A stretch of DNA of 62,722 nt, counting the filler, from Choristocarpus tenellus KU-1152 (lineage: Eukaryota; Protista; Phaeophyceae): the NCBI GenBank assembly GCA_964200185.2. It is 11 parts of 11 records of this genome, joined end to end, with 100 filler letters (N's around TTAATTAATTAA, not from the genome) between each part and the next. Parts side by side here need not be neighbours in the genome. Positions count along the whole stretch, not along the records: positions 22,774 to 30,309 come from CAXNAD020005991.1; positions 30,410 to 33,127 come from CAXNAD020025338.1; positions 33,228 to 36,649 come from CAXNAD020020144.1; positions 36,750 to 47,599 come from CAXNAD020002669.1; 7 more parts are not named here. The stretch is one strand, 5' to 3'. Shown here in pieces: positions 25,601-39,559 of the stretch. Numbering within the stretch: position 1 is the first letter of the stretch; every line of letters begins with the position of its first letter. The notes beneath the pieces were generated by a model. The model ran no database searches. It was not told where the DNA came from and was given only the letters and a program-made list of their open reading frames with translations. A program made the position numbers and the translations under genes.

Positions 25601-26915
25601 AGCATTGGAAATAGAAGACACGAATTTTTCCCTTTTTGTCCATTTGTAGGGCTTGGCTTCCCATACGGTTTTTTTATGACATTTTCCGACTCCAAAATGT
25701 TTTGGAGTAGGTAAAATGTGTACTTTATGAAAGGTGTGTCCGAAACATAGATATTGACATTTCCTAACAAACACGATAGCCAAAATTTCATCAAAATCAC
25801 AACATATACAGTAGAACGTTATCCTAACAAATAAAAGCATTATGCATTTACCACTGTGTAGCCCCAATCAAAATAAATTTAGCAGTGCTTGTAGAAAAAA
25901 CATTACCTAAAGGAAAGGAACAACTCATAAGCAAAGCAAGCTGCACTACCAATATTATATGCAGATGTATCACAGACAACCTTTTCATTTACGAGAAAAA
26001 ACTTTAAGTTGTACCTCAGCAAGAATTTGATGTCACTCCAAACAGATACTAGCGTTGTCAAAATCTACAGACTTACCCAGAAATATATTTACAAAAAAAA
26101 TTACAGACTGCATGTAATTTAGCACAAGTGTAATATGTTAAGAGCAAATGAAAGAAGTGTAAATAACAGGAGTACAGGTTATATCCTTTGTTGCAGACAA
26201 CCTGACCAGGTTCAACCCTGGAAGAGTTGTGACTCTTGTCAGTTCATGTTTTGTGTATGTTTTATTGTAAAGTGCTCTCGTCTAACACATATCAAATCCC
26301 AACAAAAGACCTAACTACAACTGTAAGAGCCTCCTGACCCCGACTTCTTCCCTCCATCATTGGCGTGTGTATTCAACATTGCCTCGAAGGAAAACAATTA
26401 CACAAAGTGACAGGGTAACAAGCACAAAAAATCTCTCAATTTCCATGATTTTACCCATTACCACCTTCAAAACCACAAGTTGTTCAAAAGTACTTGAAAC
26501 ACAAGCTCAAAATAATTGATACAGGTGGAAGGGTAAGAGCAGCTGCAGTTTGCACAGTAGTATGAAGCCCATTGTGGCTTACGATCTATCACTGATCCTT
26601 CAGCTTGACTAGGGGAGAACAAGGACCAATTTAGTCTCAGCCTGGGGAAACACACACACAAGCCGAACTGGTGCCTTTTGGAACCTCCACTTTCCACAAG
26701 AAATCATCATCCCTTCAATAATCCTAAGATCATTGACTTGGTAGTCAAGTAACAAGTGGAGATGTACACTCTCAACAATGCTCACCACACAGAAACATCG
26801 TTTTTTCTTTTTCAACACTGTGACATGAGCAGGCAGAAGGCACAAGGGCTATCCTCTAAGGTGGCAAATCGGAGGGTGCTTGATCCTTTTCGCCTTAACT
26901 TAAGCTTGGAACGAT

Positions 26916-28489
26916 CTAGATACCTGCACAGCACAACATTTTGAAACATTGGGTGAGTGTAGAGGGCATTATTCAACATTGTTTTAGCCCTATTATCTGG
27001 GAAACACTAAACCAGTTAATGATGTTCAAAATAGTGAAAGGAACACAAAAAGGATAGGGTCAAATCCGGTTAGGTGAAAAAAGACAAATGACTCTTGAAG
27101 CCATAGACGAAAGTCGCAAATGAGAGCGAAAAATTAGTGTTGATTGATTTTATCGGGTATATTTCTTGTAGGTTAGCACCTCACCAGAATTTTAAAAGGG
27201 CACACGGCTAAGTATATAGGAAGTGTACTGCTGCAAGTTCTAGATTCGGTTTTATTTACCACTAAAATCTAAAACAATGCGTATCCCTTGACGGTTATGC
27301 TACGCTTTCACCCCCTGGTAACCTTAGAAGAATAATTAAGGTACAGAGTACTAGAACTGCCATGAGTTGTAATATGCGTTAGATACGAATTTGAAATTTG
27401 TTCTGCAAGCACATTAGTATGGGACCAGTTCAGTTTAATTTATGCGAATGCATGGGATCTTCCCGCACGATTATCTACTCAAATTCCTGTTCACAAGCCG
27501 ACTCCTTACCATCGGGGAAGAAGTACCCAGCCCTGTTCACAGCGTCAGGAAGGGAGAACTGATCGGAGAGCTGTGAGACGATGCCTGCACCCGCGACCTT
27601 TGTCTGGAAGTACATGCCTAGGATACCGATCATCGCGGTACGGCCGTGCTTGAGCTCCTTTAACAACAGATAACAACGTAGGAGTTACATATGTCAACAT
27701 GAGGTTAACTTGAAAAATGTGTCAAAACGCAACAGTAACCTCGACGATCAACATAAATGGAGTCTCAGTCATTTACGACAGTTCCACACAGTAGCTAAAT
27801 TTCAATAGCGTCGAATCTACAGGCTACTGCAATTGGATGTTTCTCTTACCAAGATGCGCATTTAGTACGTTCATGAGGTATCTCCTCACCTGGAGCTGCT
27901 TCTCTGCGTACTCCTCTGGGGTGTAGTTGAAGTTGAATGGGTTCCAGCGACCCTCCCCCTGTCCCAGCGCGATGTCACCCGGTGGGCCATCACCCTTGAT
28001 GCTCCTGTTAAGGCGAATGCACTCCAAAAGGAAGATGGTGATCACGATCTGGAGTCCCCCAGCACCAGGGACCTTGCCGAGGGCCACCAAAGGGTTTCCC
28101 TCAGCGAAAACATCCGCACCGAGCGCAGCGTTTCCAGGGAAGTGGTAAATCTCCGGGAACAGCCAGCCAACGGTGGCAAGCATCGCCACGCGACCGTGTG
28201 CCAGCTCGGCCTCACGGTACCACTTGAGTCCGTTTGCCCAAGTGGGGGGGTTGTTCGAGAACCCAGCGGGGTCGAAGCCCACATCGCCGACCATGGTACC
28301 GTCAAGGCCCTCGGGATAGGGATCGAAGGGGATGGCAATAGAACGGGAGGGTGCGGAAGGGGCAGATGCCTTCTTGGTGGCCATCATAGTGGATGACTGT
28401 ACCTTCACCCCAGTGATCGAAGCTGAGGGAAGGAACGCCGAGGCAGGGGCCAGGGCGCACAGAGCAGCAAAGGCAGCAAAAGACTTCAT
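26916..28489 (-). CDS. Fucoxanthin-chlorophyll a/c light-harvesting protein (LHC), probably Lhcz/Lhcr type; exons 28489-27890, 27657-27510, 26923-26916
   Basis: Signal peptide plus ASAF motif; helix motifs WYREAELAHGRVAML and QLQ|ELKHGRTAM. Canonical donors GTGAGG and GTAAGG. The final 8-nt coding exon CAG|GT ATC TAG completes ...AGYFFPDGI*. Confidence 0.93.
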
Positions 28490-28912
28490 GGCTTCGTTGT
28501 ATTACTTAATCCTGTGATAGTGCTGCTCTATCTTCACTCTACTCTCGTGCTCTACACAACTGTTGTGGATTTGAGGTGAGGTGGTTATTGCTCCATGTCC
28601 TTTTTCATTTGCGCATGTTTGAAGATCCCCCTCAACTTGGTTCCACCAGGGGGATATAAGAGTTTGAGAAAAACTTTATATTTTTCTGTTTATTTGTTGA
28701 AAGTGTAGATTTTGTCGATCTTACAATAACCGCAGGGGTGAGAATATTTTGATATGTATTAAGTTTTATTCTTATTCACTATCTTCCTGCTGTGTCATTA
28801 ATCCCTCACCCTAACTTGTCCATCCCCTTCCAAGTTTGCTTCAAACCTTGTTGTTTTTTTGGTTTTTTTGAATCTCACCATCAAATGTGAGATAACCAAA
28901 GTCATCGTGTCC
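28490..28912. promoter_or_regulatory. Putative bidirectional promoter, LHC / PIG-F-like gene
   Basis: 423 bp separate the divergent start codons. Confidence 0.45.
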
Positions 28913-30144
28913 ATGATGAACCTGAATGGGCTCCTTGCAGTCCAGCTTCTTTGTACATGGGCTAGCTTCAGTCCCTTGCTTCCTCTTTTGACAGGGTACG
29001 AATACGTTTGGGTACGAGTCTGTGACACTGTAAAGTCGTGCTGAACATTGGTTATCTTCTTGGTCATATTTTCGTTGACAAAAAAAAATGCCATCATGGT
29101 AACAGGCCTAAGCATGACGGAAATACGGATCACTACCCTTCACCTGTGCCACAGTTACTGTGTGTTTTTGTCCTGGTAGCAGGGACATCCGCAGCTGCGT
29201 CTTCAACAATGCTTAAATTAGCTTCTCCTCGAGGCTTCAAGGTGAAAGGGAGCGAAAAAATATCGCGAAATCAATGCATCTCCGAATTGAATTAATGTAC
29301 GTGCCCCTGGTATATGCATGATATTGATAGCCCGCAAAAATAGTCAAGGTTTGTTTTGAACAATTGGCAATTGCGAGGTGCTCCTGTTCCAATCCACTCC
29401 GTGGTCTCTTCCAGCGGAGGGCTACTGTTGAGAGGGGTCTGGTCGGGCTTGTACTCGGTGCCCTTACCATCCACGCTGTGATGATAATGCTGGGTGCCCC
29501 CCTCATAAGGTCAGTTCAAGCCCCCAGTTATTCCATCTTAGTAAGTAGTACGTCAACGAAGACTCACTTCAGTACTTCTGCATTGATAAAATCAATTGAT
29601 ATTCATGTACAGATTCCCTTTTCAGGAACATGCTAAGACCTAATCCATGAAAAAAATTGATGCTGAAGATTTCTCGGATCACAAACGACATGTCATCATT
29701 GATTCAAGCCCTTCGCTCTCAGGAGTATCTTTTTTTTCCTTGCCCCCTGTTATCTTCATGTGCTAAATCTTTCCTTCAATGGTGTATTCACCTCTGTCAG
29801 TACCCTGCAGTATTGTCACTTACAATAGGAGAGAGTAAATGAGCATTGACTGGGTGCGGGGTGAGGCACTCTTTTACACATACCCCCCTAAAGTAACCTA
29901 GACCACTGCAGGAAAGAGATGGTGTGGAGTTCAGTTCAGAACGTTGTGGACCCTAGCTAACACCCATTCACAGGTCCAACTATGTATTCTCCCTCGCTCT
30001 TCCTTGTGGCCTTTGGCTCATGAAAAGGAACTTCAGGAAAACGCTGGCATCTTCATTACTGCTTGCAGCAATGACTTCACTGCCTGTTTGGATCTCCACT
30101 GAATCGCCTTTGGAAGCTTGCTTGGAAACTCTGATTGGAGCAAG
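28913..30144 (+). CDS. PIGF: PIG-F/Gpi11-like GPI-anchor biosynthesis protein, 3' truncated by the contig gap; exons 28913-28995, 29106-29241, 29415-29509, 30028-30144
   Basis: In-phase GT-AG joins give ...GALTIHAVMIMLGAPLIR-NFRKTLASSLLLAAMTSLP, matching PIG-F H...VLFGAPL....ET...A.LLS.L...P. The C-terminal PLDW motif is absent because it would lie beyond the gap at 30310. Confidence 0.65.
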
Positions 30145-33100
30145 GTACATCCAAGAAAGATTGAGGAAGACATGGATGGGGAATTTACATTCAACTCTTG
30201 ACCACCTACAACATACAGCTTGATTCAACTTCTTCTTTTGGTCCTGTCCTGTTTTACCTAAGGAAATTACACCCTGATTTAGCAATATAAGAAAACGTAT
30301 CTGGGGGGGNNNNNNNNNNNNNNNNNNNNNNNNNNNNNNNNNNNNNNNNNNNNTTAATTAATTAANNNNNNNNNNNNNNNNNNNNNNNNNNNNNNNNNNN
30401 NNNNNNNNNGTGTTATTTGGTCGCACATGTCGGATTTGAAATGTCAGCAAAAAATAACGTTGTTTGACCGAAACGGACACCCCTCACAAACCACCCCCCC
30501 CCCCAGATACTTCGACCCTCTGTTGTATAGTACTGGTCACTAAACACATAAAAACCATATAGACCACTTAGCCTATATTGCACAATATCCTCACCCCTCG
30601 ATTAAGCCTTTTGCATTATTCCGACTGGCAATCACCATACACTTGGCCTAGTCTGTCGAATTTTTCTTTTACGCGATACCATGGAATTTTCAAGTTTGTC
30701 GTCTGGAGGGGGATAAGCTACTGCTGATCGTTTAATCTAGACTGCATTCCAATCTATCCCTAGCCATCACGACGCAATATCCTACCTAATCCTGAGCAAT
30801 GAAGAGGTGGGCGGATGGAAAGATTACTCAGTAGTTGCCTTGGTCCTGCCCCTTCATGTCCTCCCAATTCCGCTTTTTGCCTTTTGCCTTTTGCCTTTTC
30901 GTTCTGCCCCACTCCTCCTTCCCTCGCTATCTTGGCACTCATTTCCTATTGACTTTTTGGTTATACTCTCTGCCTCCCAGCCATTCAGTTTAAAACTTTC
31001 GGTCTACCCCCTTTATCCTTTTCTTCTTCACCTGTCAAGATTTAGGACAGGGAGTAGAAATCACATATATTGTTGTGCATTCTGACATTTTGTAGATTTG
31101 TCAAGGGAAAAGTTGTATCTACCACCGCAAATTCTTATGCTCACAACACTCAGATTACTTCATAATGTTTCCGTTTATGAGGAATAATGTCTCCCAACGT
31201 GCATAGGTAAGATTTATGACAGGAAGGGACATTGACGTGTCAGAAATTGATTTGTAGACCCCAATCATATTTCATTTGTCGACCTTGTGCAAGTATGATA
31301 AATGACAAATAATAAAATAATATTATATATTATATTTTTTTGCTCTTCTTTATCTCAATTACCAATTGATTCTATTCTTTATCTCATTACGAATTAATTT
31401 TGTCAACAAAAAAATGACTCGGCAGTAATTATTAGAAATTGAAGAGATTCCACATTTCTTTATTTTTCACACAACCTTCACAGGTAAGAATTCCTCCTAC
31501 ACAGATTTCATTTGGGACTCCCTAAACCGAGCTTCTAGAAACGATGCACCGAAACCAAAACGAAACCTCCTTGTCAACCCCCAAAACACAATCAACGTGT
31601 GATTTAAAAAGCTCTACTCTGCTTCGCAAAAGTTGTAAGTACCTATTCCTAAGAGTCGATTTTTTTCGGAGATCTCTAACGATCGTCAGATCCTCCCCAA
31701 TTCCCTTCAGTCTGGTTCTTCATCAGCCTTCAAAATAAGTTAAGGAATCCTTACTGGTTACCTTGAATGTCAAATTATGCACAGACACCACAGCTACGCA
31801 AAACATGAACATTTTGCTCTATCATCAAGTTTTGCACAGGTAGGCGCAGAACCCTTGCACAGCCCACCTCTTCTGCCCACGGAGGCACCCCCCCATGCCT
31901 TTCCTCCTATAACACAAGCCAAATATCCACACCATCACAAAAAAAGTGCATAATGTGAACCGTTGACCTTCAATTGCACGAGTCGGCAATTGTTTCCTCT
32001 TATTTTCAGGGCGTATTGGTAATCAGCTATTGGCAATAAACGGACAGTCAAGGGTTGAAGTAGCTATGATCTGATATCATTGGGCACAACCCCCTCTGTC
32101 ATTTTTTTCCTTGGTAATTCTCCAGTACCTCTGGCTGGTAGTTGATGGAGTCTGTTCCTTCTCTCTTCCAATAGGTAGGGCATAGCCCCCCACTGCCCCC
32201 TTCCTCCTGGTGCTGAACTACCATGGTTGCAAGCTTCCAGAGCTTTTCTTCCTCTTTCCCCCCAGGCTCCATCCCCCCCTGCGACTCCGTCCTGGCCCTC
32301 CCTGAGGATTGTGTGTGTCACTGCCACCTGGCGAATCTTCTTCTCTTTTTCCTCTTTTCCCCATAGCACAGTCACCCTGGGTTTACCCAGGCACACCCTC
32401 CTGTTTTTCCCTTTCTCCTGGTACTGCTGGTTTCACAGTTGTAATTAATAAGTGGAGATTATCCTTTTGATTCTCCCACTGTCTCGCAGCCCCCCTGTGT
32501 CATCCATATACACCTCTTGTGTATACGAGGCCTGTATGATTCCATCCTAAACATGGAAGGTTGGCAGTAGCCTTTTGCGGTTTTTGCGAGTGAGACGCGA
32601 GAGCTATCGAAAGGGACATACAGGGTTATTTTTAAAAGTTGATCTGAGTGCTTGCAATTCTGTAGACTGATGTAATTACGGTCTAAGGATAAATAGGACA
32701 TTGTGGGCTGAGGTCCCCACACTCCCATCTCTCGATTGTTCTGGTTGTTTTGATAAAATCAAGGTTCACTTACCTCCCATTACCACCGTTTCCATGGGTT
32801 TGAAAGGTTTGATGAAGGCAAGTTGACACCTCCACTATCGTTGTTGTTGTGGCTATTACAAAGTAATTCCTACAGTAATAAAAAGTTATAATCCACGTTA
32901 GTCTGAGGGGTCTCAGACCTGTACATGGTCAAACGGTAGCCAGAAGAAGGAAATACATAGGGACTTTCACCAGGTGGGCAGTCAGCTACGCTGGTCCGGT
33001 CTTGACGTATTCTGAAGAGCTGGGCAGGCAAGATACCTTACCCAGGCCAGCCCTGTCTGAAATTTATATTTTTATATTGATCAAAGTATCTGGGGGGGGG

Positions 33101-34012
33101 GGTGCCGGCGTCCGTTTTTCACCCTTTNNNNNNNNNNNNNNNNNNNNNNNNNNNNNNNNNNNNNNNNNNNNTTAATTAATTAANNNNNNNNNNNNNNNNN
33201 NNNNNNNNNNNNNNNNNNNNNNNNNNNCGGATTATGTATGGGATTATGTATTGGTATTTATTCCGCATTCAACTACTTTGACATAACCGTTGACTTAGAT
33301 AGGAAGCAAAAATAAATAATAGACAAGCAATGAGAAGGGACCACACAGACGCCACTCTTCCAATTTCAACCATGTAATCACGTTCAGTAAAGGGGGTCAT
33401 GTGAGGCTTCACACCTTTTTATCTTCACTACTAACAAATAGCATTACCTCCCAAGGTAATTTGCACATCTTTCGGGTCTGGCAATGAAGCTTTGTCCGTT
33501 CAATAGAGCAAAAGAGGCAGCACTCCTAGGCAGTAGGAGGAGCACTTCGAGCAGGGATGCTGCCAATGAACAGTTGGTGAGCGCTACTAGGAGTGTTAAA
33601 CTAACTGTACGTTTCAAGGTTTAAGCTTGGCATCACCAGGGGTTAATCTCCCTTCGCGATTGCAATCGACTACAGGAGTAGGCAATGCAAACCTTAAGAT
33701 ACGTGCAGCCAGGAATATGCGTCGAACGAACATCACCACGTATCCTCAAAATATCGAAGTACGAATTCCAACTCGAGCAATCGAATTCCAACTCGAGCTA
33801 TCGCTGGAATGTACCCGAGAAGCAGAAGGGACTAGTCGAAGAGAGAGATAGGAGTTGAGATGATACATCGTTCTCCTGATTGACCTGAAACACCACATGC
33901 CGATTTTTCCAGCCCAATGAACAACAAGATATTCCTCCGTGAAGTGATGCCCCACCCCCCATTTCCGACAGCGTTCTTGGATTGAGCGACAGTCATTCAT
34001 GCTGACGGACAG

Positions 34013-36390
34013 GGCAAACCTCTACCGCCATGCGACCTTACGCTATGGCTCTTGGTGTCCACGATATTCGTTATCGACCGCTTCTACTCGAACATGTGGC
34101 CACGGCAAAGCATCTGTACGGATGGGTGTGGCAATGATTTTTTCTGCAGCATGGACGAGGTGAAATATGCTGCCGGTGTGCGTGCTGTCTCTTAGGATCA
34201 TGTTCTTTCCTGAGTTTTTGCCCTCAATTGCCACAGACAATTGTATGGAAGCAGTTGTTTTGCGAATTCCAATCAACATACTCGCATTTTGATGTCCGAA
34301 ATTTCGACTGGTATGCACTTTACTGGAACTGTATGGTACACGTTCGTGTTGATGCGCGTATCAATATTTTGTATTGAGCTAATGTCACCAGGTTGATGAG
34401 ATCGGTGTGGACTCTTGTAGGAGTGCGGTGATAATCGGAGCATGACACAATGAGCAGTGCTCACATTGAGCTGGGAGTATGTTACAATGATTTCGGAGCA
34501 TATTGTGCTACGTGCATGAAGGGTGTGATTGATAAAATATCCAACAGCGATTGAGATACTGTTCTACACAGAGATGGGAAGGAGTACCTCAAACTCGCTG
34601 TTAAGTTCGATTTCCGTTTGTTGTAGAATTTCTTCTGGGTGCACTGTGTTCTCTCCTGTCTCAGCGCAACACAGTGACTGCAGATGCCTTCCCTGCATCC
34701 CAGGACCCCGACCGTCTGAAAGAGGAACCCTGGACTGTCAAGGTGTTCGATGCTGTTGCCCGCATCAGTTCCAGCATCATCATTACAACCAACAAGTACG
34801 TAACGAGAAATGTTGGTCCGATTAAGCTATTTTCATTTGTAGCAGGAATTATGCACCTGATCGTTTTGTCGGTGTTGATTCGGACCCAGCAGTCTGGGAA
34901 CTGAAGGCATCAGATGTGCATTACCATACTCCCGCCTAACTTGCAAGTAGTGCAACTAGAAGTAATTTTTATAAGACAGCATGGTGTCAGCTCTTTTGCT
35001 TGAATTGCTCATCAAGGTGGGCAAAGTCTTGTGACAGCATCTTTTTGGTCCATGCCATCATTTTCACAGAAGTCTCTCCACAGTTGTTCTTGATAGTACA
35101 TGTTGGGTTGTACGCAATTTCCAATCTTCTGCCAATACCGAAAGAATTCATCAACGAAATAGGGGAGCCTGTACTAATAGACTGTTTGTTCCGTATGTCC
35201 AACTGATAAGATAAGGGCAAGCAAAACCTCGACAAAAATCAATCCAGGAAGATACCCCGTTGAAACTAGACGTTTTTTGCCGCTTCCACCCACTACGAAC
35301 ATGTGAGGAGTAGATATCAAGATAGGTTTTTAAGGGCAATGGTAGGATTTACCCCTTGAAACAACTGACTTGCGACCGCCTTACCAACAACTTCTCACAG
35401 TATGCTGCTCCTCACAATGTGCCATGCATGGCACATGGAACCGTCTCTCTGAGGTGGAGATGTTCCGCCCGTTCCTCTACAACTGGCGTTCCGATAATCT
35501 CTGGCTACATGGAGTGGGCGACTGGATGATGGGTATCTGGACCATCGCAAATATATGGTCCCTCTTTCTGCCATCAAGTTTCGGTGGGTACTCCAACAGC
35601 GTGCGTGGGGGACCATTTGTGTTTCCATTCCAGGCGAGTGGTTCAAACAAATTTTATGGTATGGGTACGAATGTGCAGATGCACCAACATTTCCCACAAG
35701 CTCCATTTCGTCCTACCTGCATATTTGAAAAAATAATTTCATGGTAGAGGAGGGTTCCGATCATCTTGTAGGTTAAAGTTTGGACGCTCATACTTACACC
35801 TGAATTACAAGGTCAGGCAGTCACCATCCACCGCACGCATATCAGACCATGCAATCTGCTTCGTAGTACAGTAGACACATTCGTAGTAAATTGAGATATA
35901 TGCGCACTGAGGTTTCTCTGCCATCAAGATTTTACGACAGAAGTTGCATGAAGGGTCAAGAGTCTAGCAAACAGTCGTCAGAATAGAAAACAGAAGATGA
36001 TTGATACCGAGTTGTCAAGACACATCGTTGGAGGTATCAGAATGACCAGTTTTCTCAGATTTTTGAGCTGGAACGTCAATTCTATATTCTACCAATTCTA
36101 TAGCATTTGTTCTTTGTGGGGAGCATATCACAACATGGCAAGGTATTTTGAACACAAGAAACAAGGAGCTTGAAATAGAATACGCAATGATACACCCCTC
36201 GCCATCACGTCCACAAATCACACTGTAGAACAGGGGCAATATTGATGGGATGAGATGGCAGCCAACTGGGGCTATGACGATTTGTGGAGGATCTGTTGGA
36301 TGACCCTTATGTTCTACGTGCTGCCTCCCCTGCCTCACTCAGCCTGGGCCCTCCGTGCCAACTTCTCCTCGGCCATGTGGCTGCACATGG
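34013..36390 (+). pseudogene. Ferric-reductase/NOX-like transmembrane protein gene, apparently disrupted; exons 34013-34159, 34665-34795, 35401-35633, ~36229-36390
   Basis: Spliced product IDRFYSNMWPRQ..GCGNDFFC | ..LKEEPWTVKVFDAVARIS..NNMLLLTMCH[GTWNRLSE..NLWLHGVGDWMMGIWTIANIWSLF] | ..WGYDDLWRICWMTLMF..SAMWLH. A 4-bp CATG duplication at 35423-35430 shifts the frame, the expected second heme His is Asn, and similarity ends abruptly after WLH. Confidence 0.5.
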
Positions 36391-39300
36391 AGAGAAAGGG
36401 ACAAGAAAATGTGAGAATATTGTTTTATTGCAATTCTTGTTTTCACTTCACTACTCACATACCGGAGTATACAGAACATTGGCTGAGGAGGATAAATTGA
36501 TGAGCTTGTGTGTGGCTCCTTGACAGATCCAGCTGAGAAAGGTCAACTAGAAGAGTTTGGACTCTCCAGCACACCCAAAATCAATGAATAGGGTCTCAGC
36601 CAAACTCATTCACCCCCTTGTCACCCAATTGTTGGCCTGGGATTTGAAGNNNNNNNNNNNNNNNNNNNNNNNNNNNNNNNNNNNNNNNNNNNNTTAATTA
36701 ATTAANNNNNNNNNNNNNNNNNNNNNNNNNNNNNNNNNNNNNNNNNNNNGGGGGGGGAATCTACACCAGGGTGTCCATTTCGACCCTGACCAGGAAAAGT
36801 GCACTTACATTATCCATCTGACACATGCAACCAAATCACCCCAAAATGGCAAAATGGGCCCTGAATGGACAGCCGCCGCCACTCCCCCCCAGATACGTTG
36901 GGCCTGCTTCATTGTGATAGGTTGTTGCTCACTACTTTGTCTGTGCTCTGTATGTGGTCCATTAGTATATTAGCTTATTAGTCCCAAGCGAAGTTTGCTG
37001 CTCTGGTGATTATGGTACTAACACAGCCATGAAAAAGACTTGAAGTGGTAGATAATACTCCAATATTGAGCTTGAGTGGGAAATGGAGAAGGTGCGAAAT
37101 ATATATATATATTTTTTCATACCTAACACCTGAACCAATCCTTCCAGATTGGACTGAGACCTGTAAGGTGCTCCATTTTCATTAGTATTGCTGTAACTAT
37201 AGTAGTTGTTGGTTTAGGTATGTATCAAGAGTTAAACAAAAAACTAGAATGCAGCCAATAATAGGGCATGGCATTTATGTATACTGGTGGTATGTTTTGA
37301 AACAAGGGTGGTCAGATCATGGAATCCTCCACTTCATCCAGCATACCAACTGGGCTACAAAGGAATGTGCCTAGAGGCGTGCTAGTTACCATTATTGTGG
37401 ACTGTACATGTACTGAACAGAAGACGTCTCCTACACTGCCTCAGTTGCAAGTTTTTCTGATTACTTTTCACTCTTGATTGTGTAGAGCTCAGCATTTCAA
37501 ATAGGGTTGCAGTTTAGTGGGTGGTCCAGAGTGACTGCAAAGAAGCATTGGGCAGTGTGTGGTGGATTATTCTAACGATGGTTTGTGTGCATTGGCATGC
37601 CCCATTGAATTCAACAGATTATTATCTAGTACGTGGTTTTATTGAGTTGTTAGTCTTCTTATCATTAACGCTATTAATTTATACTCAAGTAGAGCATGAT
37701 TCTAGGGTACTTTTTGGCATCATAGGTGTGCACCATGCTGCCTGTGCGATCAACTAACAAAAAAAGGATGCAATGCATGACCTTTTGCATTTCTCTCGTT
37801 TTCCTAGTGATACCGTTCGCACAACCCACCACACAAAATTCGATCACACCAACCCTGGCCTTATCATCAATGAGCCAGTCTCTCATCTAATTGCTATTAT
37901 TGTGGTCCCCTATCAGCAATTCCGACTTGGCTAATACACAAGAGTATGCAGTTACCTGTACTCACTATTTTGTTGTCTGAGTCGGTCAGATCATCTTTTG
38001 TGATGTCGCAACACTCTTCAGGAGTATGTCCTACATAGGATATTGAAGTGCACCTTGTGTAATGCACTAATAATGGTAGCTTTGTTCATACTACCCATCA
38101 TTGAACTTTAAGCAAAGAAGTATTAACCCTGTTACCCCTGCCCTCCTCCTCCTCCCCTTGGAGAACTGTTTCTATCACCGTGAGTACCTAGGTCATGCTC
38201 GGCAGCAGTCCAATACTTCCCCCCTTGCGGTCTAAGTTTTAGTCTTTGGCTGTGCCCAGACAACCCCAGATTCCACATGAGATCGTACAGAAAGCAATTG
38301 TATGCACATCAAAACACTCATAGCCTTGTGCTACATACAACCCCCACGTTATGAAATATCGTAGCAGCACCACCGCCAACAAAAAGACTGTTTCATCACA
38401 ACAGGAGGAACAAAATCCAAACAATAGACTTTGGAGCCATGAGACTATGCTGTCACCGTGTTGCCAACAAGCAAAAACGCACTGCAAGAAAAGGTTGGCT
38501 TTAATGTTTGCAGATATTATACTTAATAAATAAGTAAACCACATAATAAACGAGAAGACAAACTGAATCGCTCCTCCCAAAAGCACTATGCAACTCCTAA
38601 TCCTACAACTTCTAGGGGTGCAAAATACAATGCTACTTACTCCTGAGTACTACTTCGGAATACTTCTTAACCGACATTTCTTGTTCATCAATTAGCTTGC
38701 CTCCATTTACCGTGTACGCACATCCATTTCAGAAGGTGGGGCTTCTACACAAAGAACAGCCAACCGCTCGTATAGTACTCACAGACAAACCAATCAAATC
38801 AGACACCTCCCAGTAGTTTCTGAGTACAAACTACCTTCACGTGATCAGGTCTTATGTGTTTGTTAGGGCATGCATTCCACAAACGCACTTGCACACCTTC
38901 ATCACAGCCTATATTCTGAGGGCTGATGAGTCCCCTTCACCGCCCTCAAAATAAACTTTTCAAACTCGCCCCCATGAGTACGAGAAGCTCTCTGCTGTTG
39001 CAAGGCAGTGCAAATCATGTTAAATGCCTCGTACACCTTGCCTCAGCCATCAGCCCTTCAACTGCCTTCCAAAAAAGTCACACATCAAATACCTGCCTGA
39101 ACTGCCAGGGCTCAATCTGCTCTCCCTTACTAAGTTCAATTCTTGATTGATGGAATTGCAAGAAACGAGAATTGATTGATGTGCCCACTACATACATATA
39201 ATCATTTTTTCTCCAACTTTCTCCGTTTTATTACACACACCAATCATGGCGATACTACAGCACACAATAAACTGTCCTGTGGTGCCATCAGTTAAGGCCA

Positions 39301-39559
39301 GTTTGTGCTTGACTATAAACAAAACATCATATGCTATTTATTGATGGCAACCCTCCTTACACTTGTGCCTTTGAGGTCAACTTATGTCACATTCAACGTC
39401 ATCTTTCAAGGAAATATCTACTCCGTACATACCTAGTTTCCCCCCCCTCACCCTCTCCACCCCTCAAATGGTCCACAACAAAAACAAGATTTTGTCAACA
39501 GACAGATCAGCTAGCCAAGTGCACACACAGTACTCCTGTACATGGTGTAACAACCTAGT

